From Octopus vulgaris (Eukaryota): DNA of 64,000 nt. The stretch's first letter is position 1. Each line of letters opens with the position of its first letter. The notes under the pieces were generated by a model. It saw only the letters and a list, made by a program, of their open reading frames with translations, was not told the DNA's origin and did not search any database. Positions 1-13,403 of this stretch are shown here, in pieces. The translations under genes and the position numbers were made by a program. The stretch is taken from contig OX597817.1 of the NCBI GenBank assembly GCA_951406725.2, positions 45,136,001-45,200,000 of the forward strand, read 5' to 3'.

Positions 1-162
1 TCCTGTCAAGAACATTTGTTTTTAAGTGTTTGGAATTATGTTTTTTGCATTATTAATTTTATCTTCTCAGATTCGTCGCGGGTTTGAAGAGAATTGAGAT
101 AAGATAAATGTAACAATATATTTGTGCGAGAAAGTTGTTTCGCTCAATACGCAGGTCACGTT

Positions 163-560
163 TACTCTTTTATTTGTTTCAGTCATATGACTGTGGCCAT
201 GCTGGAGCACTGCCTTTTAGTCGAGCAAATCGACCCCGGAACATATTTTTTGTAAACCTAGTACTTATTCTATCAGTTTCTTTTACCGAACCGCTAAGTT
301 ACGGTGACATAAACACACCAGCATCGGTTGTCAAGCGATGTTGGGGGGTGGGGGACAAGCACAGACACACAAACACACACACATATAAATACATATATAC
401 GACGGGCTTCTTTCAGTTTCCGTCTACCAAATCCACTCACAAGGCTCTGGTTGGACCGAGGCTATAGTACAAGACACTTGCCCAAGGTGTCACGCAGTGG
501 GACTGAACCCGGGACTATGTGGTTGGTAAGCAATATACTTACCGCACAGCCACTCCTACG
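163..560 (-). mobile_element. tRNA-derived SINE, family A, full length
   Basis: Minus strand starts GTAGGAGTGGCTGTGCGGTAAG (A-box-like), then GGTTCAGTCCC (B-box-like), CCTTGGGCAAGTGTCTT (CORE-domain-like), an internal TA/TG microsatellite and the tail GGCAGTGCTCCAGCATGGCCACAGTCATATGACTGAAAC. About 7 homologous copies in the window. Confidence 0.85.
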
Positions 561-1242
561 TCAACGTTTGCATAAACATGCATATACACACACAAGCATA
601 TCCATGCCTGCGTGGCATAACGGTATTCTTATATCAACAACTTGGTTTCGAATGCATATAATACGAAATGCCTTCCTATGAGCAATAGTCCTTCTACATA
701 TATACTGTTTCTTTTCATAGAAAAGATCAATGTATGAATATATTTTAAGTAGGAAATCTGAAGATTGCAAAGAAGAATATCTCTTGTGGCTTATTTTCTG
801 CTTAGCATTTTTCAAGTTTTCCTGTGTGAAGCAAATCCTTGAGAAAAATTGAAAATACACATAGTCTCAGACTCGAGAGATGGATCTCATTAGAGATATA
901 GAAGAGGCAGCATGTTCAAGGACCCTAGAGATTTTTTGTTAAGAACTTGGTTGTGATGGCCAAGCTGTTCATGCATGAATTCCAGTACAATGATGTAATT
1001 CCAGGGATTTCTATTAATGACCAGAAGGGACACCGTATTACTTTATGCATAATATACTACAAAGTATATTAAGCCTGGAATTTGAAACGGAAATGATACG
1101 ATATGAAAGTTCTCAATTATCAGAGCTGGAGCGACGTTTACGGATTTAGTAACATAGCAAAACTGGAAATTCAAAATCCAGCTTCCTCACTGTTTTCAAA
1201 AAGCTAACTACCATTCAGGAGCGTGTTTGTAAATTTTGTCGT

Positions 1243-1244
<2 letters not shown>

Positions 1245-1315
<71 letters not shown>
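1245..1315. repeat. (TA)n microsatellite
   Basis: Perfect TA run, representative of dozens of similar arrays in the window. Confidence 0.98.
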
Positions 1316-1320
<5 letters not shown>

Positions 1321-2010
1321 AAATATAAGAGAGTTAACGTTAAATAGGTTAACTCTAGCACTAGAGTTAACCTATTTAACGTTAACTCTCTTATATTTAC
1401 GGATAAATATGTATTGTCTCCCTGGTTTATTGTGCTAGGTCGCTTGGTGTTAACATAAGGGTATTATTAAATTAATATCTAATTTTTCACCCTCATTTTT
1501 GAATTTATGAATTTGATACGCTGCAGTAAATATTACATGCGGTATTCGCTTCCACTAAGTCTTAGCATATGCTTTTGGCGGGGAACTTGTAACTACAACC
1601 CTGAATGTAATCGATCAGACCGCATGGGTAATCGTCGCCCGTGTAGGTCTGATAAATTGCACCGATGACAAATGTTGCTGATGATCTATAGAGATATATG
1701 TGAGTATAATGTGCATATTATATTGATAAAGAAACAATTGTACAACATTAATCCACTTTTTAGTTGTATTTCACTTTCCTTACGTTGAGAGTAGTGCTAT
1801 TTCTATGTGGAGGTATCGTCAGCGATTATACCGGAGGAGCTATTTCTAGCACTAGAGTTAACCTATTTAACGTTAACTCTCTTATATATATACGGATAAA
1901 TATGTATTGTCTCCCTGGTTTATTGTGCTAGGTCGCTTGGTGTTAAAATAAGGGTATTATTAAATTAATATCTAATTTTTCACCCTCATTTTTGAATTTA
2001 TATATATATA
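1314..2010 (+). mobile_element. Fold-back plus direct-repeat element between (TA)n arrays, putative Penelope pseudo-LTR derivative
   Basis: Perfect 45-bp inverted arms 1314-1358/1361-1405; ~155-bp direct repeat at ~1355-1510 and ~1845-2000; homologous copy at 12272-12460. Confidence 0.6.
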
Positions 2011-2316
2011 TACTTTGCAGAAAAAAAGCCAAAACAGAAATGAGAGAAAGGTTTTGTAGTGTGAAATATATTGCATTTATTTAAGGCCTGAATAAGACCT
2101 AAATGAATACTATTAGACTATATAGTAATCTGGGGATGTGATTCTTTTTAAATTCTTCTCTTCTTTCATCATTTAGTAATGTTATAATGAGAACAGCATT
2201 GTTGCACTAACTTAACTCTAAGAACACAAACATTTCTCTAATAAAAATGTGGGGTTAATTAGATAATAAATATCTTTGTATGTGTGTGAGTGTGAGTTAT
2301 ATATGTGCGTGAGTTA

Positions 2317-2347
<31 letters not shown>

Positions 2348-2644
2348 CTGTCTTATTATTAAGTGAGAGTCGAACTCGCATAGAATTAATATTATAAACG
2401 GCAATTATGTTCTCACTGATGACATTTCAGTTGAGAAGCTTTTTTATTTTAAAGTGTATATAACAAGCAAAAAAGCCAAACTTTAAGTACAATCAATGAT
2501 TTGATTACACAAATCATTTTAAAATACTAAACAATGAATTGACTGTTTCTTTTTTTTTCACATTCAAATCTAGATATTTGTTGGTCATTTTGGAGATCAT
2601 TATCCGACGTGGATTTTCTGTTCGTATTTCATTAATCTGGGTGT

Positions 2645-2945
2645 AGAAGTGTTTTTATCTTTTCCCTTTACCTCATTTCGCTCACTAGACTGCATCCATT
2701 CTGATGTAGAGTGTTGAAGCGTTTCTTTTAGTAGAACAAATCAACACGAATATTTATTCTATCGATATGTTTTGTCGTACCTCTGTGTGTGTCGATATAT
2801 ATGATGAGCTTTTACAGTTTTCGTCTATCATATTCGATTACAAGGCATTGTTCAGGCCGGCGAAAAAGCAAAAGACAGCTGTCCAAGATGCTGCACAGAT
2901 AAACTGAAAGCGGAATCCTGTGATAGCAAAGCAAAATTCTTAAGG
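2645..2945 (-). mobile_element. SINE family A, old degenerate copy
   Basis: Diverged matches to family A blocks (GAGCTTTTACAGTTTTCGTCTATCA, ACAAGGCATTG, GTCCAAGATGCTGCACAG). Confidence 0.55.
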
Positions 2946-3892
2946 ATACCTACAAAATTTTAAAAATGGGGTCGTAAAAGCTGTTGATTTATTGTCGGTA
3001 GTGGCCTTTATTCATTTCTAGGTGACTTGCACGTACGTAACTTGAGGAGCTATTTGTTGGACTATATGTAAATTCATGCGACATTTTATCATTGAGTTTC
3101 TCCACTTTCTATTCATCATAGCTAATGCGGCAAATTTAATTAATTTTTTTTACTCTCATTATCCGAACTCATTTCACATCAATTTATAATTATCGTACTT
3201 CATCTGCTTCTCCGATATTTCCGGTCATAAGGGGACGTTATGTGTTTGAGCGTATTATAATATTCCCTCCACCTCTTAGTAATTGCTTCTCAACGCTTTT
3301 TCTTAACAGCTTGAACAAAAGCATTGGGTAAAGTGACTTTACCCAAGCTATTGTTATGTAACCAGTTTAGCATATCCTTTATACCATTTGTTAAACGTTT
3401 CATGTCGAATTGTCTGCATATTGCTCAATGCAGACTTAACATAAAGTATTCATTCTTTGTTCTTAATGTGTTTGCTGCACAGTCTACGATTATTGTCAGC
3501 ATATATCTTCATTATTATATTTTTGTGTAATATTCTGTGGTTATATATTTTTTGTTCTGCTAAAATGAGACACTCTGTCCGGTCCTGCGGGATATTATTA
3601 ATTATCAACGTTTTCCTATATTTTCTTTATTATATTTAGAATTCCGTTTTGTTTTTGTCCTTGTTTTTAATTTCCTGTTGCTTCGTCCTTTTCTAAATGT
3701 GTTTCTCCTGTGTAGTTGGGTTTCAGTTTGTACTTTATTGTTTCCATATATTATAGATGATTTTTTTTTGTGCCTTCATGATTGATTATTACACTAATCA
3801 GTTTCCGTTCGTTTGAGTCTAATTATTTTTCTCGTCTGACTCTTGCTGTATCTTTCTATTTATACAAAACCCCCACTTCCTCCCTCTGTGGA

Positions 3893-3930
3893 ATATATAT
3901 ATATATACATATATATATACATATATATAT

Positions 3931-3990
<60 letters not shown>

Positions 3991-4015
3991 GCACATATAT
4001 ATAAATATGTATGTA

Positions 4016-4053
<38 letters not shown>

Positions 4054-4073
4054 AATGTATGTATGTATATATG

Positions 4074-4112
<39 letters not shown>

Positions 4113-4171
4113 TTATATATATATATATATACATACATACATACATACATGCATACATGCATATATATATA
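3893..4171. repeat. Compound (TA)n/(TACA)n microsatellite
   Basis: Seen directly. Confidence 0.97.
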
Positions 4172-4304
4172 TTCTAACAATATCAGCTCTTGGATAGAGA
4201 TCCCCGTTCGCTGTTGATAGTTCAACGTTTTATTTTTCCACTCTAATCGCTTCATTTCATTTAACTTCCTATTTATTATGTTGCCAATTTAACTGTAATG
4301 GTTA

Positions 4305-4354
<50 letters not shown>

Positions 4355-5109
4355 GTATTATCATAAGCATATTGCTAGAAATAAATTAGTAACTATTTAT
4401 TTCCAGCATTAACTCTTAATATATCTGCCCACTCTGACGCGTTTTTTAAAACATCTCAGTTCATATTTTGGTGACCTGATTTATCAATTTCAGCCATTCC
4501 TAAAAATGAGTTGGTCCCTTAATTTACGGTGACATATTTTCATTATCTGCATGGTCCACTATAAGCTACCTTTAATGAAGGAAATCTGTTTCTATCGCTT
4601 CACTTTCAAGTTCGTCAATATTTAGCAGCAGTGCCTATACTGCAAGTTTTATATTTCGAACGCTGGTACCAGCAGCGTATTTGATGCAGTAATCCAATAA
4701 ATTCCAATTAACTAAGACTACACCCATAGCATTGAGGATAATCAATATGGAAATTGTAACATGGAATAGATGGAGTAGGCAACCCAGAAATATTAATTAA
4801 TTAGAATATAGAATGGGATATAGTACAGAGAGTGTTTGATCTTTAACAGTACCCTGATTGCTGCAGCCATGTTTCAGTAGGCCTCATCTACGAACTTTAG
4901 CCCACTCTGGTCAGGGAAATATACTGGTCATGTGGGGACGATATGAACACGAAGAGATACGGAATAAGTAGAGATGATCTGGTTGTGTGAATTGTAGCTA
5001 TTCGTTTTACCAGTTGCATACGATAGCTAAATCGGAGATTGAGGGCGATAAAATGAATTGGTTACTATCCTTCTTAAAATCTTCAGTATTACCTCCGTAA
5101 GCGATGCCG

Positions 5110-5821
5110 TTGCCACCACCATAAATACCACCGCTTCCGCCACCAAGAATACCATCACCACGAATACTACCACCACAAATATCTCCACCACCACCACCAC
5201 CACCACTACTACCACTACCATAACTAACATCACTACCACCACCACTACCACCACCACTACCACCATCACTACCACCACCACTACCACCACCACTACCACC
5301 ATCATACCACCACCACTACCACCACCACCCTTATCATCATCACCATCACCATCAGCATCATCATCATCTGCATCGTCATCATCATCATCAGCAGCAACAG
5401 CAGCATCAGCATCAGCATCATCATCACCATCGTCAGCATCACCATCAGCATCATCAGCAGCACCCTCCTCCTCATCACCATCATCAGTAAGTAGCATCAT
5501 CATCAGCAGGGGTACCATCAGCATCCACACAATCATGTCACCTGAATATCCTGTCGTCGTCATCGCCTCCATCACTATCGATGATATCGTTTCGTTCATA
5601 ATCGCTGCGTGATTTATTAGAATTATCAACTTCATAACTCTTATCTTGTTTTCTAACACCGATGACCTCAACTACAACTACCATCCCCCCAGCTAGTAAC
5701 ACCTTATCACTATTAATGCCATCGCGATTAACCTGATAAATAGTATCATTTTCTATACCATATATATCACGATCATGATCATGATCATCATCATCATCAC
5801 CACCACCATAATCACCATCAT

Positions 5822-5887
<66 letters not shown>

Positions 5888-5948
5888 CATCATCATCCCC
5901 ATCATCATCATCATCATCATCACCACCACCATAATCATCATAATCACC

Positions 5949-5982
<34 letters not shown>

Positions 5983-6195
5983 TCATCACCACCTACATCA
6001 TCATCATCATCATCATCACCACCATCACCACCATCATCATCACCGTCATCATCATCATCATCATCATCATTATCATCATCCGCATCATCATCATCATCAT
6101 CATTATCATCATCCGCATTATCATCATCATCAACATCATCCTCATCGTCACCAACATCATCATGATCATCATCATCCTCATCTTCGTCGTCATCG
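5110..6195. repeat. Compound trinucleotide microsatellite (CAC/TAC/CAT/CAG)n
   Basis: Long CAC, CAT and CAG runs. They account for the poly-T/S/I/M/V/D ORFs on both strands. Confidence 0.95.
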
Positions 6196-7121
6196 TTAAA
6201 TTAACATAGATACCACGCAGCGAAAGAGAGAAGTTAAAGACCTTTCTCATACCAAGATCGATCTTGTTTACATTCGGATGTGAGCCAAGAAAACATAATC
6301 CGACTAAATGCCGTCCGGTACCAAACCATCATCGAATATTAACGGATGGAATATATGAGGCACAACAAGTCGTAATCCTATCATTATAGATAAGTTATTA
6401 CTAGGTACAGAAAAACACCAGTTCATTATTTGTTATTATGCACATAGTTGCCTGAATTTTACCCAATAGATATATAAGGTAATGGTGAAATATGAAATGT
6501 TTTAGGTAGAGCCATCATCGCTAAATACGTGCGATAACAATAATAGATGTATTCGTAACGTAATCTTCAGGAAGGAACGTCATGAAATAAAATAAATGAG
6601 ATAACAATGTTAGATTATTAATAAGATAATCTTCATGTTATTGAAATGTGTCTGATGATGTATCAATAGACATATTCCATCAATCATAGACAACTGAAAA
6701 ATATTAATAGAATACAATCATTTTGCTGGGCCATTTGATAATTAGTACGGTACTTGGGAATAAACTGGAGTAAACAGTGTTAAATGTTGAAATCGTTTCT
6801 CTAAGAACTAAGTAACACTGTTTTGAGTTCATATATCTCAAGTTGTTCTGTGGAACCGTGATCGACTAAAATATGCTTAATAGTAAAAAGAAAATGTAGC
6901 GAGAATTATATGGCAGAATGTTTATAATGAAGAATCTATAATATCCGATGCTGAAGTCATTAGACATTCAAGCCTACCTCCTAGATGTCACTGTTGCCAC
7001 TTTTGGTTCACTTTTCGAGACAATCCATTAACACCACCTGGTACTGCCTCTTAGATTGCTGTTTCCGTTCGGTATGCTTTTCTTGACAGCCAGATAGATA
7101 AGCTGATAGGCATAAAGATAC

Positions 7122-7130
7122 ACACACACA

Positions 7131-7214
<84 letters not shown>

Positions 7215-7217
7215 CAT

Positions 7218-7279
<62 letters not shown>

Positions 7280-7340
7280 ATATTTATATGTATATATACA
7301 TACATATATACATACATACATACATATACATATACATATG

Positions 7341-7398
<58 letters not shown>

Positions 7399-7441
7399 TA
7401 AACATATATTTATATGTATATATACATACATTCATACATAT

Positions 7442-7532
<91 letters not shown>

Positions 7533-7660
7533 TAGAAAGATTGATATAATAAAAAAGATAGATTGAGAGATTGACATAAATAGACGAAGAGACACATAGA
7601 CTGATGAACAGATAATCGGACAGACAGATACATAGATAAATAGATAGATAGACGTGAGCT
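7122..7660. repeat. Compound (TA)n/(GA)n/(GATA)n microsatellite
   Basis: Seen directly. Confidence 0.95.
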
Positions 7661-7689
7661 GTAAATCTTATACATATACATTTTCATGC

Positions 7690-9170
7690 ATACAAATATG
7701 CATAAACAATACCTTGCTGTCAGTGGCAATTGGATTGTGAATAACCTATTACTTCTCTGAGCATAAAATTTTACATTAGTACACACTCCTTTCAATTTTC
7801 AACCTTATTCAGCGTGGGCTGTTTTCCTCTCATTACTTTGTTTCTCGATTCTTCAAGCAAAATTTAAAATATTGATCTCTTCGACGATGGATACTAGAGC
7901 AACTGGAAACTCCACAAAGCTGAAGTGCATCATAAATGTTACGATGTGAAACACAAAGCTATTTTCTTGTGTATATACTCTCTTCGAACTCACATAGTAG
8001 TTTCCCATTGGTTTAATGCCAATATTGTGAGACAAAGAAGCTTTGGGATCAGCATAAAATTTGGTAACCGGAATTTATATTTTCCGTCTAGATCACTCAG
8101 CTGGTCTTCGTCTTATATAAAATAAAAATAAATGGGCCGGTTTAAATCCTATCCAGGCTCATGGGCCCGGTTTCCTGGTTTCTATGGCGTATGTGTTCCC
8201 CAGCTGGACGGGACGCCACTCCATCGCAGCGTTACTCATTTTTGCCAGCTGGAGCAACGTGAAATGAAGTGTTTTGCTCAAGAACACAATGCGTCGCCCG
8301 GTCCAGGAATCGAAACCACAACCTTACTATCATGATGCTGACACTCTAACCACTAAGCCACACGCCTCCACCTTCGTCTTATATGTGATCGGTTTAATTT
8401 CTTCATTTATATAATATTGTGTGTCATAGTACTTACTTTCAAAATTTTTGACAGGTTCTATAACTGTTTGGAATAGATTTCTTGGTTACAGAGAAGAGGA
8501 CCGTTTCAATATTTTTCTCATGCGAGAAGTGAATAACTCTGATTTCATCTGTGTGACGCTTATCTTAAACGAAGTGAATAACTCATCGAATTGCTTTAGT
8601 ATATTAAGCGGTGCATTCTCTTTTCAGTAAAGGAGTGCTATGGAATCTATAAAAGTCTTTAGATCGGTTATTCTGATTCCTTTTCTAATGTTTACTAGTC
8701 GTTGCTGCCTACAGGAATACATCTATTGTATACAGAAGCATGATTTGACGAAGTTCATATGCATTTGCTTCACTAGTTTCTAGATTGATTCAGTATGCTG
8801 CATATTTTGATTTACTGAATGGTACTTAGAAATATAAGGATATTTTTTCTGATTTCCTGGATGCTCTTGGAATCCGATACATGTTGTTCAGAATCTGATA
8901 CAATCTATGCAAACGTATTCGTCAAATTCAACCAAATAACTTTTAGGTCCCTATTCCCTGCGCTAGCTCTCTGGATTGCACACCAAACCACGAAATCATG
9001 CTCTATTCGGTCAGATAATTCATGCTCTCTACGGTCCTAGATACCTCATTTCTGAAATGAAATAAATAATTACTTCTTTCTTGCAAAGTATTTAACAAGC
9101 CTTGGTATCTAGAATTTAATTTTGTGCATGCTGACCTCATCAAATTGTGAATATCTTTAAGAACATTTTA
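7690..9170 (-). pseudogene. Degenerate reverse transcriptase of a HERO/R2-like non-LTR retrotransposon
   Basis: Minus-strand translation gives ordered motifs IEHDFVVWCAIQRASAGNRDLKVIWLNLTNTFA* (cf. GCLEH..W..IQ.AK..K.DL.VVWLDLANAYGS), DLKTFIDSIALL..ILKQFDELF (cf. LKAFMDD...LDEL), DLDGKYKFRLPNFMLIPKLL, VSIVEE and LEESRNKVMRGKQPTL. Contains stops and frameshifts and is interrupted by the SINE at 8119-8371. Family call is from motif memory. Confidence 0.7.
8119..8371 (-). mobile_element. tRNA-derived SINE (group C) with 13-bp TSD
   Basis: Head GGAGGCGTGTGGCTTAGTGGTTAGAG..GGTTTCGATTCC; CORE-like TTGTGTTCTTGAGCAAAACAC; flanked by CTTCGTCTTATAT on both sides. Confidence 0.85.
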
Positions 9171-9190
9171 ATATGTTTTCATCAGACGGT

Positions 9191-9192
<2 letters not shown>

Positions 9193-9281
<89 letters not shown>
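9193..9281. repeat. (TA)n microsatellite
   Basis: Seen directly. Confidence 0.98.
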
Positions 9282-9283
<2 letters not shown>

Positions 9284-9494
9284 TGATCCGATTAGAATTC
9301 TCAGTCGTAATTAAGTCAATGTCCATCCATTCATCATTGTCAATCTTTTAGATAATTAATATGAGAAATTGCCTTCTGTGAAAACATAGGCAATTTGTAC
9401 TAAAACAAGGTGGGAAGACAACTCACAAGGTTTTTGGAGCTAGTTTTCCCTGGTACCATCTGATGTTTTCCAGATGTCGAGTGAATAGATCTCT

Positions 9495-9660
9495 GGAGTC
9501 ATTCGCTAAGCCACGTGTTAATACTAGGATGCCCTTTCAAATACTTTGCTATTATCATTTCGAGGTTCAATTAAATAATTACCAGTTGAACACTGAAGTT
9601 GATGTAATCGAAGTATGGACATCCTCGAATTTTCCCTCTTTGTGCTAGAATTTGAAATCA
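9495..9660 (+). mobile_element. SINE family B, old degenerate fragment
   Basis: CTTTGCTATTATCATTTCGAGGTTCAATTAAATAATTACCAGTTGAACACTGAAGTTGATGTAATCGA matches the family B central domain. Confidence 0.55.
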
Positions 9661-11087
9661 ATATTAAGATACTCTTGGAAATGCTAGTTACTAGATGCTC
9701 AAAAACGTAACCCCTAAACAGTGTGGGTCACAACCTTGTGATTTTTCGAAGCAGTCATACTTTGTGTCACTGCCTGAGTTGGAGCCTGTATGTTAAAGTT
9801 TAATGAAGTGCCTCAAAATCAAGCAAATTGCCCTGCTTGAACAATGCTTTAGACACTTAATAGTTGGACTGATTGTAATAATGGGGGTTATGTCTTCAGA
9901 AGTGAATTTTTTCTCTTATCATTCATATAATTTAGGCACTTTGTTCATGTTCACGAACAAAATGAAATATATGTTTCACAGTAGTACCTTACGTAACTAA
10001 ATACGTTTCAAAGTTCTAACGGTGTCGGTTGAACCGTGAAATAAGAGGTTAGAATATTTGTGAGTGGAGCAAAACTATTTTTGACAAATGCAAATGTGGA
10101 ATTATTTCCTTCAACTCTCATGTTTGACTTGTAACGCTGAATCCGACGAAATTTCAAATCTCAGCGCTGGAAGAAATAAATAAAATAAAACAAAACAAGC
10201 AATATAAATCATTTCAACTTCGACTATGTAATTTCTGCCTAATCATTGTCTATTTGCTATGCATAATAATCAGCGTAAACTTCTCCCAAGAAACCAGTTT
10301 CACAGCCGCCTAAACTTCTTCCACAAGCATATTATCGAGATATTAAAACAAAACCATAATCAATTTAACGTTTTAATATGTTAATCGAATATTATGCTGA
10401 TGACAATGCTAATTATTTTTATTTCGTTAGTTGAATATAAATTTATTTTAGATAATGATAATTATATTAATGATTATAGAAATTTTGTAGCAACAATTAT
10501 ATCGTGATTTCTATTATTATTTCGATAGAAGAAACACTGATAAGAATAATCCAGATAATTGCCACTAGAAAAGCTGACCGGTATACTTGCTACCACAATA
10601 AGCCTATCAATAAACAGGTTAACAAATAGAAGGGGATATTATACCTTGCCTCATAAATCAAAGACTTTAAATATGGAGGTGAAATATTATTGACTCAACA
10701 TTGAAAACAAAATACTCTGAGAGATCAACTAAGTAAATAGTGACAAATAAAAATTACATAAAAACATAAATTAAATCTCATTCCTATGTTCATAATCTGA
10801 CGTATGACATGAAGATCAAGATAAAGAATCAAAAGTCAACTGCATATATGAAATAGAATTGATATAAAATATTCCACTCAAAATAAAGAAATAACTTGAT
10901 TAGCGAACGAAGTAATTCGATATAGCTCACAAGGGATAGTCAGAAACTTCTATATATACCAGATAAATCACAGATATTTAGATAATAATAATTGTAAACG
11001 AGTAGAGATTATATCAGGAAAGAGGAAACATGATATTTTATAATGATAAATATTCCTCGGTGAAAATAATGAACGTATCAATGAATA

Positions 11088-11109
11088 ATATACATACATA
11101 CATACGTAC

Positions 11110-11140
<31 letters not shown>

Positions 11141-11166
11141 CATACATACATACATACATACATACA

Positions 11167-11200
<34 letters not shown>

Positions 11201-11255
11201 CATACATGCATACATACGTACGTTCATACATGTATACAAACATGCATACATACAA

Positions 11256-11306
<51 letters not shown>

Positions 11307-11370
11307 CATGCATACATACGTACATACATATATACGTGTATACATAATATACATGCATACACACACAAAT
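11088..11370. repeat. (CATA)n/(TA)n microsatellite
   Basis: Seen directly. Confidence 0.95.
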
Positions 11371-11384
11371 ATATATATTTACAT

Positions 11385-11606
11385 TCTTTTATTTTATTTC
11401 ATTATTTGCTTCAATCATTTAACAGCGGCCATGCTGAACCACCGCCTTTAGTCGAACAAATAGACCCCAAGACTTATTCTTTGCAAGCCTAGTCCTTATT
11501 CTATTAGTGTCTTTTGCCAGATCACTAAACTACGGGGACGTAAACACAACATCGGGTATCAAATGATGCGGGGGTGACAGATACAGACACACAAACACAC
11601 ACACAT

Positions 11607-11672
<66 letters not shown>

Positions 11673-11815
11673 CCGTTTACCAAATCTACTCACAAGGCTT
11701 TGGTTGCTCCGAGATTATACAGTAGATGACAGTCGGCCAAGGTGCCACGCAATGAGACTGAAACCGGAACCATATGGTTGATAAGCAAGCTACTTATCAC
11801 ACAGCCTCTTCTATA
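11385..11815 (-). mobile_element. SINE family A with expanded internal (TA)n
   Basis: Collinear with 163-560. Confidence 0.85.
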
Positions 11816-11830
11816 TGTATGTATACGTAA

Positions 11831-11861
<31 letters not shown>

Positions 11862-11864
<3 letters not shown>

Positions 11865-12120
11865 AAGCGTGCCATCGTGATTAGGGTATTGCACTCCCGC
11901 TCGCGAGATCCTGTTTTTAATTCTTAGCCCTGGTGGTGCGTTGTGTTCTTGAGAAAAACACTTTGCGTCACATTGTTCTGCACTGAGACCGACACCTGGT
12001 GCATGCAACACCATGCAACGTCGATTTGATGAAGTGAGAAAGCTTCTATACAGCACATACATTTAAGTAATATAAACAAGACATTTGTACAGGTCATTCG
12101 CAGAAGCTGAACGGTCATAC
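11862..12120 (+). mobile_element. tRNA-derived SINE (group C), diverged
   Basis: Head TGGAAGCGTGCCATCGTGATTAGGG followed by TTGTGTTCTTGAGAAAAACACTTT, shared with other group C copies. Confidence 0.6.
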
Positions 12121-12181
12121 TTCATTTTCGAAAAAGTTCAGTATATACATATGAAATATATATGATTATATATATCTGTAT

Positions 12182-12266
<85 letters not shown>

Positions 12267-12271
12267 CATAA

Positions 12272-12460
12272 AAATAGATCCGCTATGGTATAGCCACTAT
12301 AGCGGATCTATTCTTAGCACTAGAGTCGACCACATAGTGGTTACTCTCTCATATTTATATATAAATTTGTATTGTATCCCTGGCTTTTATCTGCTAAGCC
12401 ACTTGGTGTTAAATTTATGGTATTATTAAATTAATATCAAATGTTTCACCCTCATTTATA
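12272..12460 (+). mobile_element. Second copy of the 1314-2010 fold-back family, between (TA)n arrays
   Basis: Shares TAGCACTAGAGT..TGTATTGT.TCCCTGG..CTTGGTGTTAA..GGTATTATTAAATTAATATC..TTCACCCTCATTT; starts with the inverted repeat AATAGATCCGCTA/TAGCGGATCTATT. Confidence 0.7.
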
Positions 12461-12471
12461 AATATATATAC

Positions 12472-12536
<65 letters not shown>

Positions 12537-12777
12537 TATTTCATATGTATATGGTGAGCTCTGTCGAAAATGTAGTATGACTGTCCAGCTTCTGCGAATG
12601 ATCTGCACAAATGCTTTGTTTATATTATTATTTTTACTTATTATATATTGATTATTCATTTTTATACCGTTTGTGATCTAGTTATATGTTTTATGAAAAT
12701 ATAATTTATTTGTTATTTATGTTTTGGTTTATATCTATCATTGTTTGCATTGCATAATAGTGTTTTTATCTCTAATT

Positions 12778-12825
<48 letters not shown>

Positions 12826-12924
12826 TCATAAAATCACATAGGGTTGTAGATAATTTTAGAAATTTCACCACCAGTGGCCTAGCAAGTATAAGAAGTGAAA
12901 AGATAACAAATACTCAATATAAAA

Positions 12925-13119
12925 TAGTGTACATTTAAACACAAGAGAAAACTACGTTTAATAGGTAAAACAACAATAATAACAAGGTGAAAGTTTATAT
13001 TTTTCATTGCCTTCGAAAATTGCTCTTAAAATATGGTTTGGGTCGTTTTGACTGCTTCTTCTAGCGTGTAAAAATGACCAATTAATTGTAGTTTACTCTT
13101 GTGTTTAAATGTAGACTAT
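12925..13119. repeat. Inverted repeat (~32-bp arms) in an element between (TA)n arrays
   Basis: ATAGTGTACATTTAAACACAAGAGAAAACTAC versus GTAGTTTACTCTTGTGTTTAAATGTAGACTAT. Confidence 0.8.
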
Positions 13120-13136
13120 CATATATATACATATAA

Positions 13137-13233
<97 letters not shown>

Positions 13234-13360
13234 TAGTAAAAAGTGAAAAAACTACAGAAGGCTTGTTTTAAAAGGTTAAAAAATACATATTTGAGTCATT
13301 ATGTCTGAAGAATGTTATAAATTATTTTCATACTATGACATAGTTTTTGAAGAAATGACA

Positions 13361-13403
<43 letters not shown>

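Noticed and set aside
5027-6250. Long ORFs (214, 184, 144 aa) resembling mucin-like or acidic proteins
   Set aside because: Entirely CAC/CAT/CAG microsatellite, open in several frames on both strands; no splice or domain evidence.
7028-7795. 255-aa ORF and the many other [12 protein letters not shown] ORFs
   Set aside because: Translations of TA, TG and CATA repeats, which lack stop codons.
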